This document shows, piece by piece, positions 9,602 to 18,919 of a stretch of 32,156 nucleotides of DNA. Position 1 is the stretch's first letter, and the number at the start of each line of letters is the position of its first letter. The DNA is from an uncultured Deinococcales bacterium (lineage in GTDB: Bacteria; Deinococcota; Deinococci; Deinococcales; JAAFIG01): contig CAXTKV010000036.1 of assembly GCA_964244895.1 (NCBI GenBank), positions 1 to 32,156 on the forward strand, written 5' to 3'. The notes under the pieces were generated by a model, which saw only the letters and a program-made list of their open reading frames with translations, had not been told where the DNA came from and searched no databases. The position numbers and the translations under genes are program-made.

Positions 9602-11509
9602 TCAGGGCAAGATCATCCGAAGATGCGGTAGCAGTCCGCCTCGCTCAGAATCTCCTGAGAGCGTGCTCAACACAAAGTATTGGTACCGTTGGCACGGCGC
9701 GTTGATCCACGCGCTCGACCCAGTGTCGTTCAACGACCGCACCCGAAGGCAGAGCGACTTGCCCGACTTCTCCGGTGCGTTCGGATTCAATACGAAGGTC
9801 GCCACCGCTCCAGATACCCCCGTCCGTCGCGCGGTCACTACGTCCGGAATTGTCAAGCCCTGCCCATCGAAAGTTCCAGTGAATTCGTAGCGTAAAGCGT
9901 TCGAGACTTCCGGCCAGGCGAGGAATACGCGTCCGGTGGAGGACATGGTCGCGTCGAGCCGATCCGGCGCACTCGGCGCCGGTGGCGGGGTCGTGATCTC
10001 GAGCGTGAAGTTTAACGCGGGCGCGAACGCCCCGTTGTCGTTGTCTCCGGGGCCGTTGAAGGCCGTCATGTTCCACCGGTACGCGCTGATATCGGCCCGT
10101 TGGAATTCACTCAGCGGAATTGTCAAAATCGAACCCGTCACCTGCTCGTTCGAGTACACGAGGTTGGCAGCACCGTAAGGAGCCTTGGAAATGTAGAGTC
10201 CGTACCGCGTCGCGCCCCGCACAGCCGTCCAGCGAAACTCGAGCGAGCCGTTCTGCGCGACGCTCGCGGTCGCTCCCGGCAGGGTGCTCGAGCCTGGGGA
10301 GACCAGCGCGGGAGCGTCGGGAAACGCGGGACCGATCGGCGGGGCGCTCGGGCCGAAATACGCCTCGAGCCCCACCCGAATACCGTCGCCAACGGCGCGT
10401 TGGAGGCCGTCTTGCCCCAGGGCGGGGCCGTCGACCGGGTTGGTGTGAAACCCGACCTCGACGATCGCGGCGGCCATCTTGGCGAAGCGCGTCTCGCCGT
10501 AGTTGCCATCCACGATGACCTGCGCGTCCGGCCATTGCAGGGCGGGTTGCGCGAGCCGGATCGCGGCGACGATTGAGGTCTGAAGGGCGGTGGCGAGCGC
10601 CTTGCTGTCCGCCTCCTGCGCGATTGGCGTGTTCGGCAGCGGGTGGTCGTTCGTGATGTAAATCCGCGTGCCGCGCGGGGCGGTATCCTGATTCGCCCCG
10701 ACAGCGTTCGTGTGCAGGCCGATCAGCGCATCGGCGCCGAGCGCGTTCGCGTACAGGGGTCTGGCGCGGATGTCCTTTTCCTCGTTGCAATCCAGACCGC
10801 CGTTGGGCCGCTCGGAATTCCAGATGCCGGAGTTCAAGCCCAGGGCCTCGAGGTGGTGCTTGGCGGCCTCTTGCCATCTCGGGTAACCGGATGCACCGTT
10901 CCCGGCGGTCTTGTCGAGGTTCCGCACGGACGAGACCAGCGCGCCCGTTGCGGCCAAGGCATCGCGCACACGGATCGCCATCTCGAGGTTGTTGAAATCC
11001 TCCTGCACGTAGATGGGCGGGTTGCCGGTGGTGTTCACCACTCCGCGCTGCAATCCCCACGCACCGGTGGTGCGCAGCGTCCAGCCGTGTCCGGGATTCA
11101 GCACGATCTTCGCTCCCGTGATGGAAGTCGGTTTCGATCCAGCCGGGAAGTCCGTCAGGATCGCCGATCCCGCGCAGATCGCGAGCGGTTCGGGCGGTTC
11201 GACGGGTTCGAGCTTCGTGTCGAACTCGAGGTACTTGACGCGATCAAAGAGCGCATCCGCGACCGCCCGGTTCACGCGAAGGCTCGCATCGCGATCCGAG
11301 GACTCGAGCCGCAACGTGACCTTCGCGGCGCGCGTGCCCAAGGTGAGTGTCCGAGATTCCAGCACCCGCCCGCGCCCCTTGAGCGCACCATTCGCGGCGC
11401 GGGCGATGATCGCTTCGAGCGAATCGGGCGGGTTGGGCGGTACGGGTTGCTGCGCGCACGAGGCGATCAGCAACAGCGTCATGGTCGCAGCGGCTGTCCT
11501 CAAATGCAT
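9602..11509 (-). CDS. N-acetylmuramoyl-L-alanine amidase (Amidase_3) lipoprotein with C-terminal FN3-like domains
   Basis: ATG 11509 after GGGAGG; lipobox LIASC; Zn-amidase motifs IVLNPGHG, QEDFNN, IGLHTNA, AAIVEVGFHTN. Confidence 0.85.
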   Translation of the reverse strand: MHLRTAAATMTLLLIASCAQQPVPPNPPDSLEAIIARAANGALKGRGRVLESRTLTLGTRAAKVTLRLESSDRDASLRVNRAVADALFDRVKYLEFDTKLEPVEPPEPLAICAGSAILTDFPAGSKPTSITGAKIVLNPGHGWTLRTTGAWGLQRGVVNTTGNPPIYVQEDFNNLEMAIRVRDALAATGALVSSVRNLDKTAGNGASGYPRWQEAAKHHLEALGLNSGIWNSERPNGGLDCNEEKDIRARPLYANALGADALIGLHTNAVGANQDTAPRGTRIYITNDHPLPNTPIAQEADSKALATALQTSIVAAIRLAQPALQWPDAQVIVDGNYGETRFAKMAAAIVEVGFHTNPVDGPALGQDGLQRAVGDGIRVGLEAYFGPSAPPIGPAFPDAPALVSPGSSTLPGATASVAQNGSLEFRWTAVRGATRYGLYISKAPYGAANLVYSNEQVTGSILTIPLSEFQRADISAYRWNMTAFNGPGDNDNGAFAPALNFTLEITTPPPAPSAPDRLDATMSSTGRVFLAWPEVSNALRYEFTGTFDGQGLTIPDVVTARRTGVSGAVATFVLNPNAPEKSGKSLCLRVRSLNDTGSSAWINAPCQRYQYFVLSTLSGDSERGGLLPHLRMILP

Positions 11510-11621
11510 CAGTGTGCCTCCCGCCGCACGAACCGCCACGGCACGTGCCGAACCCTCTGGAACCCTACCCCGAAACGCCCCATTGCCGGTGCTTCACGCG
11601 GCTCAGGATGCCATCCTCGCC

Positions 11622-12140
11622 TCAGAATTTGAACGCCACGCCGATCCCGGCCTTCAGGATCGTGCCGAACAGCGGCAGGACGACGCTCGTGTTTCCACTC
11701 CGCCCGACGGCGACCAGGATCGCGTAACCGCCGCTCAACTCGACGAAGGCCTGGATCGAAGGCGCGATCAGGTACGACAATCCCAGCGTCGCCTGTCCCC
11801 CGACGACGATCACGGTCGCGCTCGAGCCGCCCGAGGAAGCACCCGCGTAGCCGAGCGTCAACCCGCCCCCGTAGTACGCACCGAACAGTCCCTCTTGATC
11901 GATCATCGTGTTCCACAGCGAGTCGACCTGCAAGTTCACGCCGAACGTACCGGAGAGGGCGTTGAGGTTCACCCGGAATCGGAGGTCGTTGCTCGCCCCG
12001 AAGACGTTGCCGAAGGCGTACTGGAGTCCGATCGATCCGAGCGAGATCTGCGTGAAGTTGAAGTGCACCCCGAACGAATCCGCGAACGCCGACGACTGAA
12101 TCCCGAGCATGGCCACCATCGAGAGTAAGAGTTTTTTCAC
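11622..12140 (-). CDS. Small outer-membrane beta-barrel protein
   Basis: GTG after AGAGGGG; Sec signal MKKLLLSMVAMLGIQSSAFA; alternating amphipathic strands; C-terminal AGIGVAFKF (beta-signal-like terminal Phe). Confidence 0.75.
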   Translation of the reverse strand: MKKLLLSMVAMLGIQSSAFADSFGVHFNFTQISLGSIGLQYAFGNVFGASNDLRFRVNLNALSGTFGVNLQVDSLWNTMIDQEGLFGAYYGGGLTLGYAGASSGGSSATVIVVGGQATLGLSYLIAPSIQAFVELSGGYAILVAVGRSGNTSVVLPLFGTILKAGIGVAFKF

Positions 12141-12200
12141 ACGACACCCCTCTGGCGCGCCGCCACGAGAAACGGTTGATGGTGGAAACGGAGCGAGCCC

Positions 12201-12833
12201 TCACTGCACCCGCGCCTTCAAGGCGTTCAAACCGTTGTCGAGGCTCTGATCCAGGGCAGCGTCGAGCAAGCCGCCGCCGAACAGCCCGCGGCTCGCGTAG
12301 CCGTTGGTGATGATGTCCGCGACGACGCGCCGGTTGACGCGGTCGTAGACGATCAGGTTGACGGTCGCGCTCGAGTCGATGGTGGTGAAGATGAACCAAC
12401 CACCGATGCTGGTGCCCGCGTACTGCATTCGGGGCAAGACCATGTATCTCGCACCGACCGCGTCCAGCACGGCATCCAACGTCTCCTGGCGGAGCGTTCC
12501 CTGAAGGTCGTACTGGTTCATGGCCGCCAGCAGATCCCCATCCATGTTCTTCGCTTTCGCCGCCTCGAGCGTCTCGTCCCTGCCTCGAGCGCCCGCGCCG
12601 AAGAGGGTCTGGAGGGCGGCCTCGGTGCGCGCATCCATGCGATCGCGCTGGTCGGGCTTGATGATGCTCAAGAAATTCCGAACCTGCATCGGTGCGGCCA
12701 CGATCCCGAACTTGGTGACGCCCGCCCGCGTGAAATCCGCCTCGATGTTCGCTCGGATGAGCGTGACCGGGGCGCACGAGACGAAGGTCAGGGCGAGCAT
12801 CGAAAGGATGACTGCTGGACGTTTGGTGGTCAT
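12201..12833 (-). CDS. Hypothetical lipoprotein (alpha/beta; CsgG/LpoB/TolB-N-like appearance)
   Basis: ATG after AGGGGAG; lipobox FVSC; pattern LDAVGARYMV..ATVNLIVYDRVNRRVV..terminal helix. Confidence 0.7.
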   Translation of the reverse strand: MTTKRPAVILSMLALTFVSCAPVTLIRANIEADFTRAGVTKFGIVAAPMQVRNFLSIIKPDQRDRMDARTEAALQTLFGAGARGRDETLEAAKAKNMDGDLLAAMNQYDLQGTLRQETLDAVLDAVGARYMVLPRMQYAGTSIGGWFIFTTIDSSATVNLIVYDRVNRRVVADIITNGYASRGLFGGGLLDAALDQSLDNGLNALKARVQ

Positions 12834-12971
12834 GGTTTCTCCCTGGTGCGACTGAGATCAGAAGTGGGTCAACGAAAGTGAGATCCGAGTGCAGGCGTGG
12901 GCCAGCATGCGACAACGAAATCCTTTCCGAGCCGCTGGCGCGGCTCGAGCGGACGAACTGTCCAGCGCGGG

Positions 12972-15458
12972 TCAGGGTTGCGAGATCGTGATTGTCGGCT
13001 GGTCTCCTCCCGAGAGCGTCGAGAGTCCCGTCATCGCGTAATACCTGTAGGTCGCGCATACCTGCGTCGAGAGCGGACTGTCGCCGCCCGAGTTCCTGGC
13101 CAGGATCTGAACGCACAAGGCTTTGCCCTGCTTGGCCGGATCGCTCGGGTTGGCGTCCCAGACGAGTACCGCGCCGCTCGTCCCGCCGCTGCGGGCGTTG
13201 ACCGTACCGCTGAAGGTCAACGGCGCGCCGTTGAAGGTTCCCGCGAATTGGTAGACCACGGCGCTACTCACTTCGGGCCACGAGACGAACAGCCGCCCGT
13301 TCGAGGACATGGTCAGGTTCAAGCCCGTCGGCATTCCCGGTTTGGGCACCGCGGCGACCTGACAGCTTCGAACCAGATTGATGGTGGTCGTCGCACCGTT
13401 GCCCGCGATGGTCAGTGTGCCTTGTTGCTGGTTTGCGTCGGCGCAGGCTTGCGCCCGGACGGTGTATTCGAGCGAGGTCTGTCCAGCGCCGAGGTTCTGT
13501 GGCCCCGCGAAATTGACGGAGAACGGGCCGGGCGCGACCGCCAGCGTGAAGCTGCCCGGCCCGGTGCCCGCATTCTTGACGTTGAACAGCACCGCAGCGT
13601 CCGAACCGCCGACCATCCCGGTGGCGAATTGAATCGACCCGCTGACCGGCAGGTTTCCCACCAGCATTTGCCAGGCGGGATCCCCCGAGCAGGTTCGCGA
13701 GAGTGGAATGTCCGCCGCGACCCCATTCCCGGAGATCCGCAAGACGCCCTGCTCAGCGTTCGCGTTGGCGCACGGCTGCGCGCTGAGGGTGTACTCGAGG
13801 GATGTCTGACCCGCGCCCAGCCCCTGGGGGCCAGCGAAGTTGACGGCGAAAGGCCCCGAGGTCACGGCCAGGGTGAAGCTGCCCGCAGCCATGCCGCCGT
13901 TTCTCACGTTGAAGAATGCGTCCGCGCCGGATCCTCCGACCGTACCCGGTGCGAAGTCGAAACGGCTGACGGGTGACGCGCCACCCCGCGAGATCGCCTG
14001 CCAGACGGGCGTCCCTTGCGCGTACGTCACGGAAACACTCGCCGTCGTCGCCGAGCCCGCCGCATCGCGGGCGATCACGGCGATCGTGTTCGGACCGGGT
14101 ACGAGCGTCACGTTGAAGCTGAAGTTGATGCCGGAGAGGGGCGGCATGGGTTGTTCCGCCCCGCCGTTCAGTTTAAATTGAACGCTCGCGATGCCGCTGC
14201 CACCGGCGTTGTCCTGAGCCGTACCCGAGACCGTCAGGGCGCTCGAGGTCACGGTCGAGTTTGCCGCGGGGCTCGAAATGCTGACGGAGGGCGGCGTCGT
14301 GTCCGGTGGTGTCGCGCTCGGAACCCATTGCTGATCGCCATCTTGATCGTTGCAGGCGTACATCGTCACGCGGCTGTTCGCGGCTGGTTGGTACGCGTTC
14401 AAGCAGAATCCGCGCCCTTTACTCTCGAGCAGGAAAAACGGGGTGTTCGTGAAATAACGATAGTCCCACTGCTGATCCGGGTCGCTCGGGTCGCAGGCGA
14501 ACGCGATCACATCCGAACTGTTCTTGGGCTGGTAGGCGTTGAGGCACGCATTTGTTCCCCGCCGCCTGAACATGAACCCGGCGTTGCCGCCCCACATGCC
14601 CGGTTTGAAGACCTGCCAGACCTGCTCGTCGTCGCTCGTATTCGATGGGTACAGCCACGAGTAGGTCGCGGTCGGATAGGGTCTCGAGTTGAGGGCGAGG
14701 CCCGTCCCGTATCGGATGAACTGAATCTCGGAATCCGGAGCTGGAACCGAGCCCGATGCGCCGTTCTGGGAGGTGTAGCTTTCTCCCTGCACCGCGTAGC
14801 CATCGGTGCGTCCCGCGTCAATGACTTCCTTGAACTTGGTCTTCGAGGTTGCCGTCCCGGAGGTGTCGGTGTAGACCTGGAGGTGCAGGTGCGGTCCTGG
14901 GACACTACACGCAGCGTCGCCGCACGTATTTCCCGTCGATCCGGATAATCCCAGGCGCTGACCGCGCACCACCTGTCCGCTGGAAACGGCGACGCTCCCC
15001 TTTTGCATGTGCAGGTAGTAGGCCCTCGAACCATCCGCGTGGCCGATCACCACGAAGTTGCCGTTTGCCAGGCCGCAGACATTGCTCCGATAGCACGACG
15101 GATCCCAGTCGCGCCCATCGACGGCGTTGAGTACGGTTCCATCCCGGATGGCGCGAATTTCCGTCCCTTCCGGCATCCCGAAATCGAGCGCGGCCACATT
15201 TTGGTGGGAAAACGTACCGTAATAGCCCTGAATCACGCTGAACCTCGAGCCGTTGGGGAACGGCAGGAAGTAGATGAAGTTGTCGTCGTGGGCCTGCGTC
15301 TTGACGCTCGAAGAGGGGTAATTCTTGGCCGCAGGATCGTAGGTGGCCGGGTCGAAGGCCGAATGCGGGGTCGGTGCGGGCTGCCCAGGAACGACGTTGT
15401 TCTGGCATCCGATCAACCCGACGAAGGCCATGGCAGAGAGAACAAGCCATTTTTTCAT
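12972..15458 (-). CDS. M23 metallopeptidase lipoprotein with ricin-B lectin, Ig-like, two ASH-like repeats and FN3-like C-terminal domain
   Basis: ATG 15458 after GAGGA; lipobox LIGC; M23 motifs HQNVAALDF, YLHM, SGSTG, PHLHL; QxW lectin repeats (EQVW, DQQW twice, CLNAY twice); DTTPPSVSISSP Ig domain. Confidence 0.88.
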   Translation of the reverse strand: MKKWLVLSAMAFVGLIGCQNNVVPGQPAPTPHSAFDPATYDPAAKNYPSSSVKTQAHDDNFIYFLPFPNGSRFSVIQGYYGTFSHQNVAALDFGMPEGTEIRAIRDGTVLNAVDGRDWDPSCYRSNVCGLANGNFVVIGHADGSRAYYLHMQKGSVAVSSGQVVRGQRLGLSGSTGNTCGDAACSVPGPHLHLQVYTDTSGTATSKTKFKEVIDAGRTDGYAVQGESYTSQNGASGSVPAPDSEIQFIRYGTGLALNSRPYPTATYSWLYPSNTSDDEQVWQVFKPGMWGGNAGFMFRRRGTNACLNAYQPKNSSDVIAFACDPSDPDQQWDYRYFTNTPFFLLESKGRGFCLNAYQPAANSRVTMYACNDQDGDQQWVPSATPPDTTPPSVSISSPAANSTVTSSALTVSGTAQDNAGGSGIASVQFKLNGGAEQPMPPLSGINFSFNVTLVPGPNTIAVIARDAAGSATTASVSVTYAQGTPVWQAISRGGASPVSRFDFAPGTVGGSGADAFFNVRNGGMAAGSFTLAVTSGPFAVNFAGPQGLGAGQTSLEYTLSAQPCANANAEQGVLRISGNGVAADIPLSRTCSGDPAWQMLVGNLPVSGSIQFATGMVGGSDAAVLFNVKNAGTGPGSFTLAVAPGPFSVNFAGPQNLGAGQTSLEYTVRAQACADANQQQGTLTIAGNGATTTINLVRSCQVAAVPKPGMPTGLNLTMSSNGRLFVSWPEVSSAVVYQFAGTFNGAPLTFSGTVNARSGGTSGAVLVWDANPSDPAKQGKALCVQILARNSGGDSPLSTQVCATYRYYAMTGLSTLSGGDQPTITISQP
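13362..14012 (-). repeat. Tandem intragenic duplication of an approximately 107-aa Ig/ASH-like domain
   Basis: PVWQ..GSFTLAVTSGPFAVNFAGPQGLGAGQTSLEYT..C..C versus PAWQ..GSFTLAVAPGPFSVNFAGPQNLGAGQTSLEYT..C..C; boundaries approximate. Confidence 0.85.
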
Positions 15459-15472
15459 GCACGTTCCTCGAA

Positions 15473-17296
15473 TCACGAGCAGCCACCGGAGCACGGAACG
15501 ACCTTGAGGTTGACGACCGCCGGATTCCCATCCACGCCGCCGCCCCTCGAGCTCAGCGTCACCTGGTAATCACCCACGGCTGCGCTCGCGCCAGCCCTGA
15601 TGACGATCGCGGCGCGCGCGCTGCTCGAGAGGTCCGTGCGGTAGGTGAAACTCACCTGGTTCGCGCCCGTTCCGACGATGCCACCGGATGGCGTGATGAA
15701 TTGCAGCCCGTTGGCGGGCGTGTTGAACGGGCTGATCGGGTTCAGGTTCAGCTCGTAGAGCGCGTCCGCACCCTGCGCGATGATGTACGCGTTGCCGCCG
15801 GGGGCGTACACGGGCGAGAGCGTGAAGCCGCCGCCATTGCGCGTGACGTTGAGCTGGGCCTGACCCTCGTTGCCCGCGGCATCGCGAGCGAAGACCTCGA
15901 TCAGGGTGCTGCCGACGCTTAACGCGCTCGAGAAGCTGAAACTGCCCGTTCCGGGCAACGACTGTCGCGGGCCGCCGTTGACGCGGTACTCGAGCTGCGC
16001 GACACCGACATTGTCGTCGGCTGACCCGGTGACGGTGATGCTCGAGGCGTCGGTCGAGGCGTTGTTGGCCGGGCTGGTGATCGTCACGGTCGGTGGAGCG
16101 CTGTCCTGACTTCCGGTGGTGGCGGTGAATGCGCCGGACACCCCGCCGACGGTCAGCGTGGCGGTCGTGGCGCTCGAGTAATTCGCGCTGGTCTGCACGC
16201 GCAACTTGATGTAGGTGCCGTTGGCGACGCTGCCGCTCGCGCCCGTCCAAGCGCTGTACGTCACATCGTCGCTCGAGGTGGCGTACTCGCCTCCGCCGAT
16301 GCTGGTCGGGCTGGGCGCACTGATGCCTGTGATGCGAATGGGGTTGCTCTCGATCAGGATGCTGCGCGGTCGGTTTGTCTGGCTGGCGAAGCTGAACGGG
16401 TCGGGCGTGGTGTCGAGCGTCGACGTGGGCGTGTACGTCAGGTTGAGGCTCGCGGGTGTCTCCTGGGTCTTGGTGTCGGTGGCGAAGACCTCGACGGTGT
16501 TCGCACCCTCGATGAGCGTGACGCTGAAATTGAAGCTTGCGCTCGTCGGCAGGTTCTGGCGCGCCCCGCCGTTCAAGCGGTACTGGAGCGACCGGATGCC
16601 CTTGTCGTCGCTGACCGTGCCATTCACGTTGACCACGCTCGAGTTGGTCGTTCCACTGCTCGGGCTCGTGATCGTCACGACGGGCGGGTTGTCGATCTGA
16701 GGCGACCCCGGCGTGTACGAGAAGCTCACCAAGGCGCTGTCCTTGAGCCCCGATGCGTTCTCGGCGAAGACCTGGACGTTGTTGTTGCCGACCGCGCTGG
16801 CCACCGTGAAGTTGAAGGCGCTCGAGGCCGTGAGGGTCTGCCTCGAGCCGCCGTTCAGGCTGTACTCGAGCTTCGTGACCCCGACGCGGTCGGCGACCGT
16901 GCCGATGATGCTGAGGCTGGCGTCCGAGAAGCTCGCGCCGTTCGTGGGGCTGGCGATCAGCACGACAGGAGGGGTCGGAGAGGCGCTGCTCGAGAAGCTC
17001 GCCGTCACGCTCTGATTCTGGTTGACCGTCAGCGCGCAGCTTCCCGCACCGCTGCAGGCGCCACCCCAGCCCGCGAAGCTCGAGCCAGTGGCAGGTGTGG
17101 CGGTGAGGACAACCGCCGTGCCCGCCGCGTAGCTCGTTGAGCACGTGCTCCCGCAGTCGATCCCGGCAGGATTCGAGCCGATCGTACCGCTGCCCGTTTT
17201 CGAGACGGTGAGCGTCACTGCGGATGGCGGACTCGATGTGGGACAGGCCGTGAGGATACAGACCAGTACCCCGAGCGCGAGGTGTCGGATTCGCAT
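15473..17296 (-). CDS. Ig-repeat surface lipoprotein (divergent InlB B-repeat plus several bacterial Ig-like domains)
   Basis: ATG after AGGAGG; lipobox LTAC; LTVSKTGSG..GIDCGSTC..LTATPATGSSFAGWGGAC repeat; three PPxVxIxSP..YxxNGGxRQ..IEVFA domains; Ser/Thr rich. Confidence 0.88.
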   Translation of the reverse strand: MRIRHLALGVLVCILTACPTSSPPSAVTLTVSKTGSGTIGSNPAGIDCGSTCSTSYAAGTAVVLTATPATGSSFAGWGGACSGAGSCALTVNQNQSVTASFSSSASPTPPVVLIASPTNGASFSDASLSIIGTVADRVGVTKLEYSLNGGSRQTLTASSAFNFTVASAVGNNNVQVFAENASGLKDSALVSFSYTPGSPQIDNPPVVTITSPSSGTTNSSVVNVNGTVSDDKGIRSLQYRLNGGARQNLPTSASFNFSVTLIEGANTVEVFATDTKTQETPASLNLTYTPTSTLDTTPDPFSFASQTNRPRSILIESNPIRITGISAPSPTSIGGGEYATSSDDVTYSAWTGASGSVANGTYIKLRVQTSANYSSATTATLTVGGVSGAFTATTGSQDSAPPTVTITSPANNASTDASSITVTGSADDNVGVAQLEYRVNGGPRQSLPGTGSFSFSSALSVGSTLIEVFARDAAGNEGQAQLNVTRNGGGFTLSPVYAPGGNAYIIAQGADALYELNLNPISPFNTPANGLQFITPSGGIVGTGANQVSFTYRTDLSSSARAAIVIRAGASAAVGDYQVTLSSRGGGVDGNPAVVNLKVVPCSGGCS

Positions 17297-17471
17297 GGAA
17301 CCTCCTGCTAACGGTTGGGCTTTGGTTGTCGCGAGCGCATCGAATGGCGTTGGCTCGTGTGAGCGCAGTATGGGGTTATGAGGGTCGTGCGCGCAAGCAC
17401 AGTTGAGCCGATTTCGTTCGCAAACGTTCGCAAGTGAAGCGCCGGGTCACTTTCACGAGTTACGCTGGCCC

Positions 17472-18830
17472 ATGCCGACCTTGCGCGTTTCGGTGCTCGA
17501 AGGGAAAGTCTGGCTGGACGACAGGCTCTTACCGCTCACCAGGCGCTGGGCGCTGGTCGTAGCGCGGTTCGCTCTGGCGCGAGTCGAAGCCAAGAACAAT
17601 CCCGCGCGCGCCTTCGTCTCGGTGCTCGAGGTCGTCCGCGTGCCGGGATGGGAAAAGACGAGCGCCAAAAATGCGGGCAAGAGCCTGCAGCGCTTCGAGG
17701 AAGACAAACTCGAGAAGATCGGTGCACCGATTTTCTCTGCGGAGCACGGCGAGTGGACCAAGCAGGTGCGGCTCAATCCGGATTTCGTCACGGACATCGG
17801 GTTCGTCGAACCCATTCGGCAGGTGCGGTTGACCTTGAAAATCCCGTCGCAATCCGTCGTCCGCCGGAGCCTGATGGCGACCCATCACCTCTCCCTGGCG
17901 CAGACCGCCTTCGAACAGGGGCGGTACACTGAAGTCGAAGAGATCGTGACGAAAGCGTTGGCTGCGGATGCCACCCCGGATCAAGTGATCGAGGGTTTGG
18001 CCTTGTGGGCGTGGACGCGCGCTGTTCAGGGCGAACGCGAGCAGGCCCTGAGGTTGGTGCAGGAGTTGCAGAAAAGGGCGAGCGATTTTCACGCCTCTGG
18101 ACAAACCGTACACGCCTCGAGCCAGGCGCTCGTGTGGATTCAAACCGCGCGCTTTCACCTGCGCATGGAGGAGTGGCAACCAGCACGGCGCGCCTATGCC
18201 AAAGCGGCGACCCTGGTGCTGCCGGAGGATCATCGGGGCTGGGGTGCCCTCGAGTCGGGCTGGGGATTTCTGGCGCAGATGGCGGATCGTCTCGACGAAG
18301 CCGAACAGCACTACGAGGCGGCACTCGAGAGGTTCACCCTAGCTCGGTGGTCTTGGGGCATCCAGGTCGCCTATGGCAACTTGTGCGCAGTATGTCTGCT
18401 CCGATACGAGCAATATGAGGTCGATCAACCGGAAAAGGCGCGCGCATGCCTCGATCAGGCGATCGAGTGGTGCCTGCAGACGGTGCAATTCTCGGAAGAC
18501 ATGAACTTTGGTGGCAGCGGCAGCAACGAGATCAACCTGGCCAACGCCTACCGGATTCTCCGGCAGTTCGACAAGGCTCGCGTCTGGCTGACTGAGGCCG
18601 ACCGGTGGATCGACGCGAGCGACAACAAACCCGAGGTCGCCGGGTCACTCGCCGCACGCGCCGAACTCGAGGAGGCCGAAGGGAACCGCGATGGCGCACT
18701 AGAGCTGCTCCGTCAAGCATCGGTGATTTTCGGGGAGATCGGCAGGCACGAAACTGTGGGTCTCGTACTCGACCGTATGACACAACTCGAGGGGCAAAAA
18801 CCGATGGGGCGAGCGCTCAACTTGTGGTGA
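17472..18830 (+). CDS. TPR-repeat protein with putative N-terminal winged-helix DNA-binding domain
   Basis: ATG 17472, 5 nt after TACGCT (track start TTG 17403). N-terminus LEGKVWLDDRLLPLTRRWALVVARFA resembles OmpR/SARP wHTH starts; C-terminal two thirds are TPR-like (AEQHYEAALERF, NLANAYRIL..A, ALELLRQA). Confidence 0.75.
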   Translation: MPTLRVSVLEGKVWLDDRLLPLTRRWALVVARFALARVEAKNNPARAFVSVLEVVRVPGWEKTSAKNAGKSLQRFEEDKLEKIGAPIFSAEHGEWTKQVRLNPDFVTDIGFVEPIRQVRLTLKIPSQSVVRRSLMATHHLSLAQTAFEQGRYTEVEEIVTKALAADATPDQVIEGLALWAWTRAVQGEREQALRLVQELQKRASDFHASGQTVHASSQALVWIQTARFHLRMEEWQPARRAYAKAATLVLPEDHRGWGALESGWGFLAQMADRLDEAEQHYEAALERFTLARWSWGIQVAYGNLCAVCLLRYEQYEVDQPEKARACLDQAIEWCLQTVQFSEDMNFGGSGSNEINLANAYRILRQFDKARVWLTEADRWIDASDNKPEVAGSLAARAELEEAEGNRDGALELLRQASVIFGEIGRHETVGLVLDRMTQLEGQKPMGRALNLW

Positions 18831-18919
18831 AGGTTCATCGTCGAACTCGACCTGCGAAGCACTGATCGATCGTCTCAAACACGGTTTGCAAAATTCGTCC
18901 ATAAGATGCACTTTTGCGG

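Noticed and set aside
12928..12947. Hairpin CGAGCCGC-TGGC-GCGGCTCG after the M23 gene
   Set aside because: No U-tract directly after it on the coding strand; cannot be called a terminator, may be an mRNA-stability hairpin.
11509..17144. Arg/His/Gly-rich alternative-frame ORFs (e.g. 11509..13116, 15570..17144)
   Set aside because: Off-frame readings of the real lipoprotein genes.
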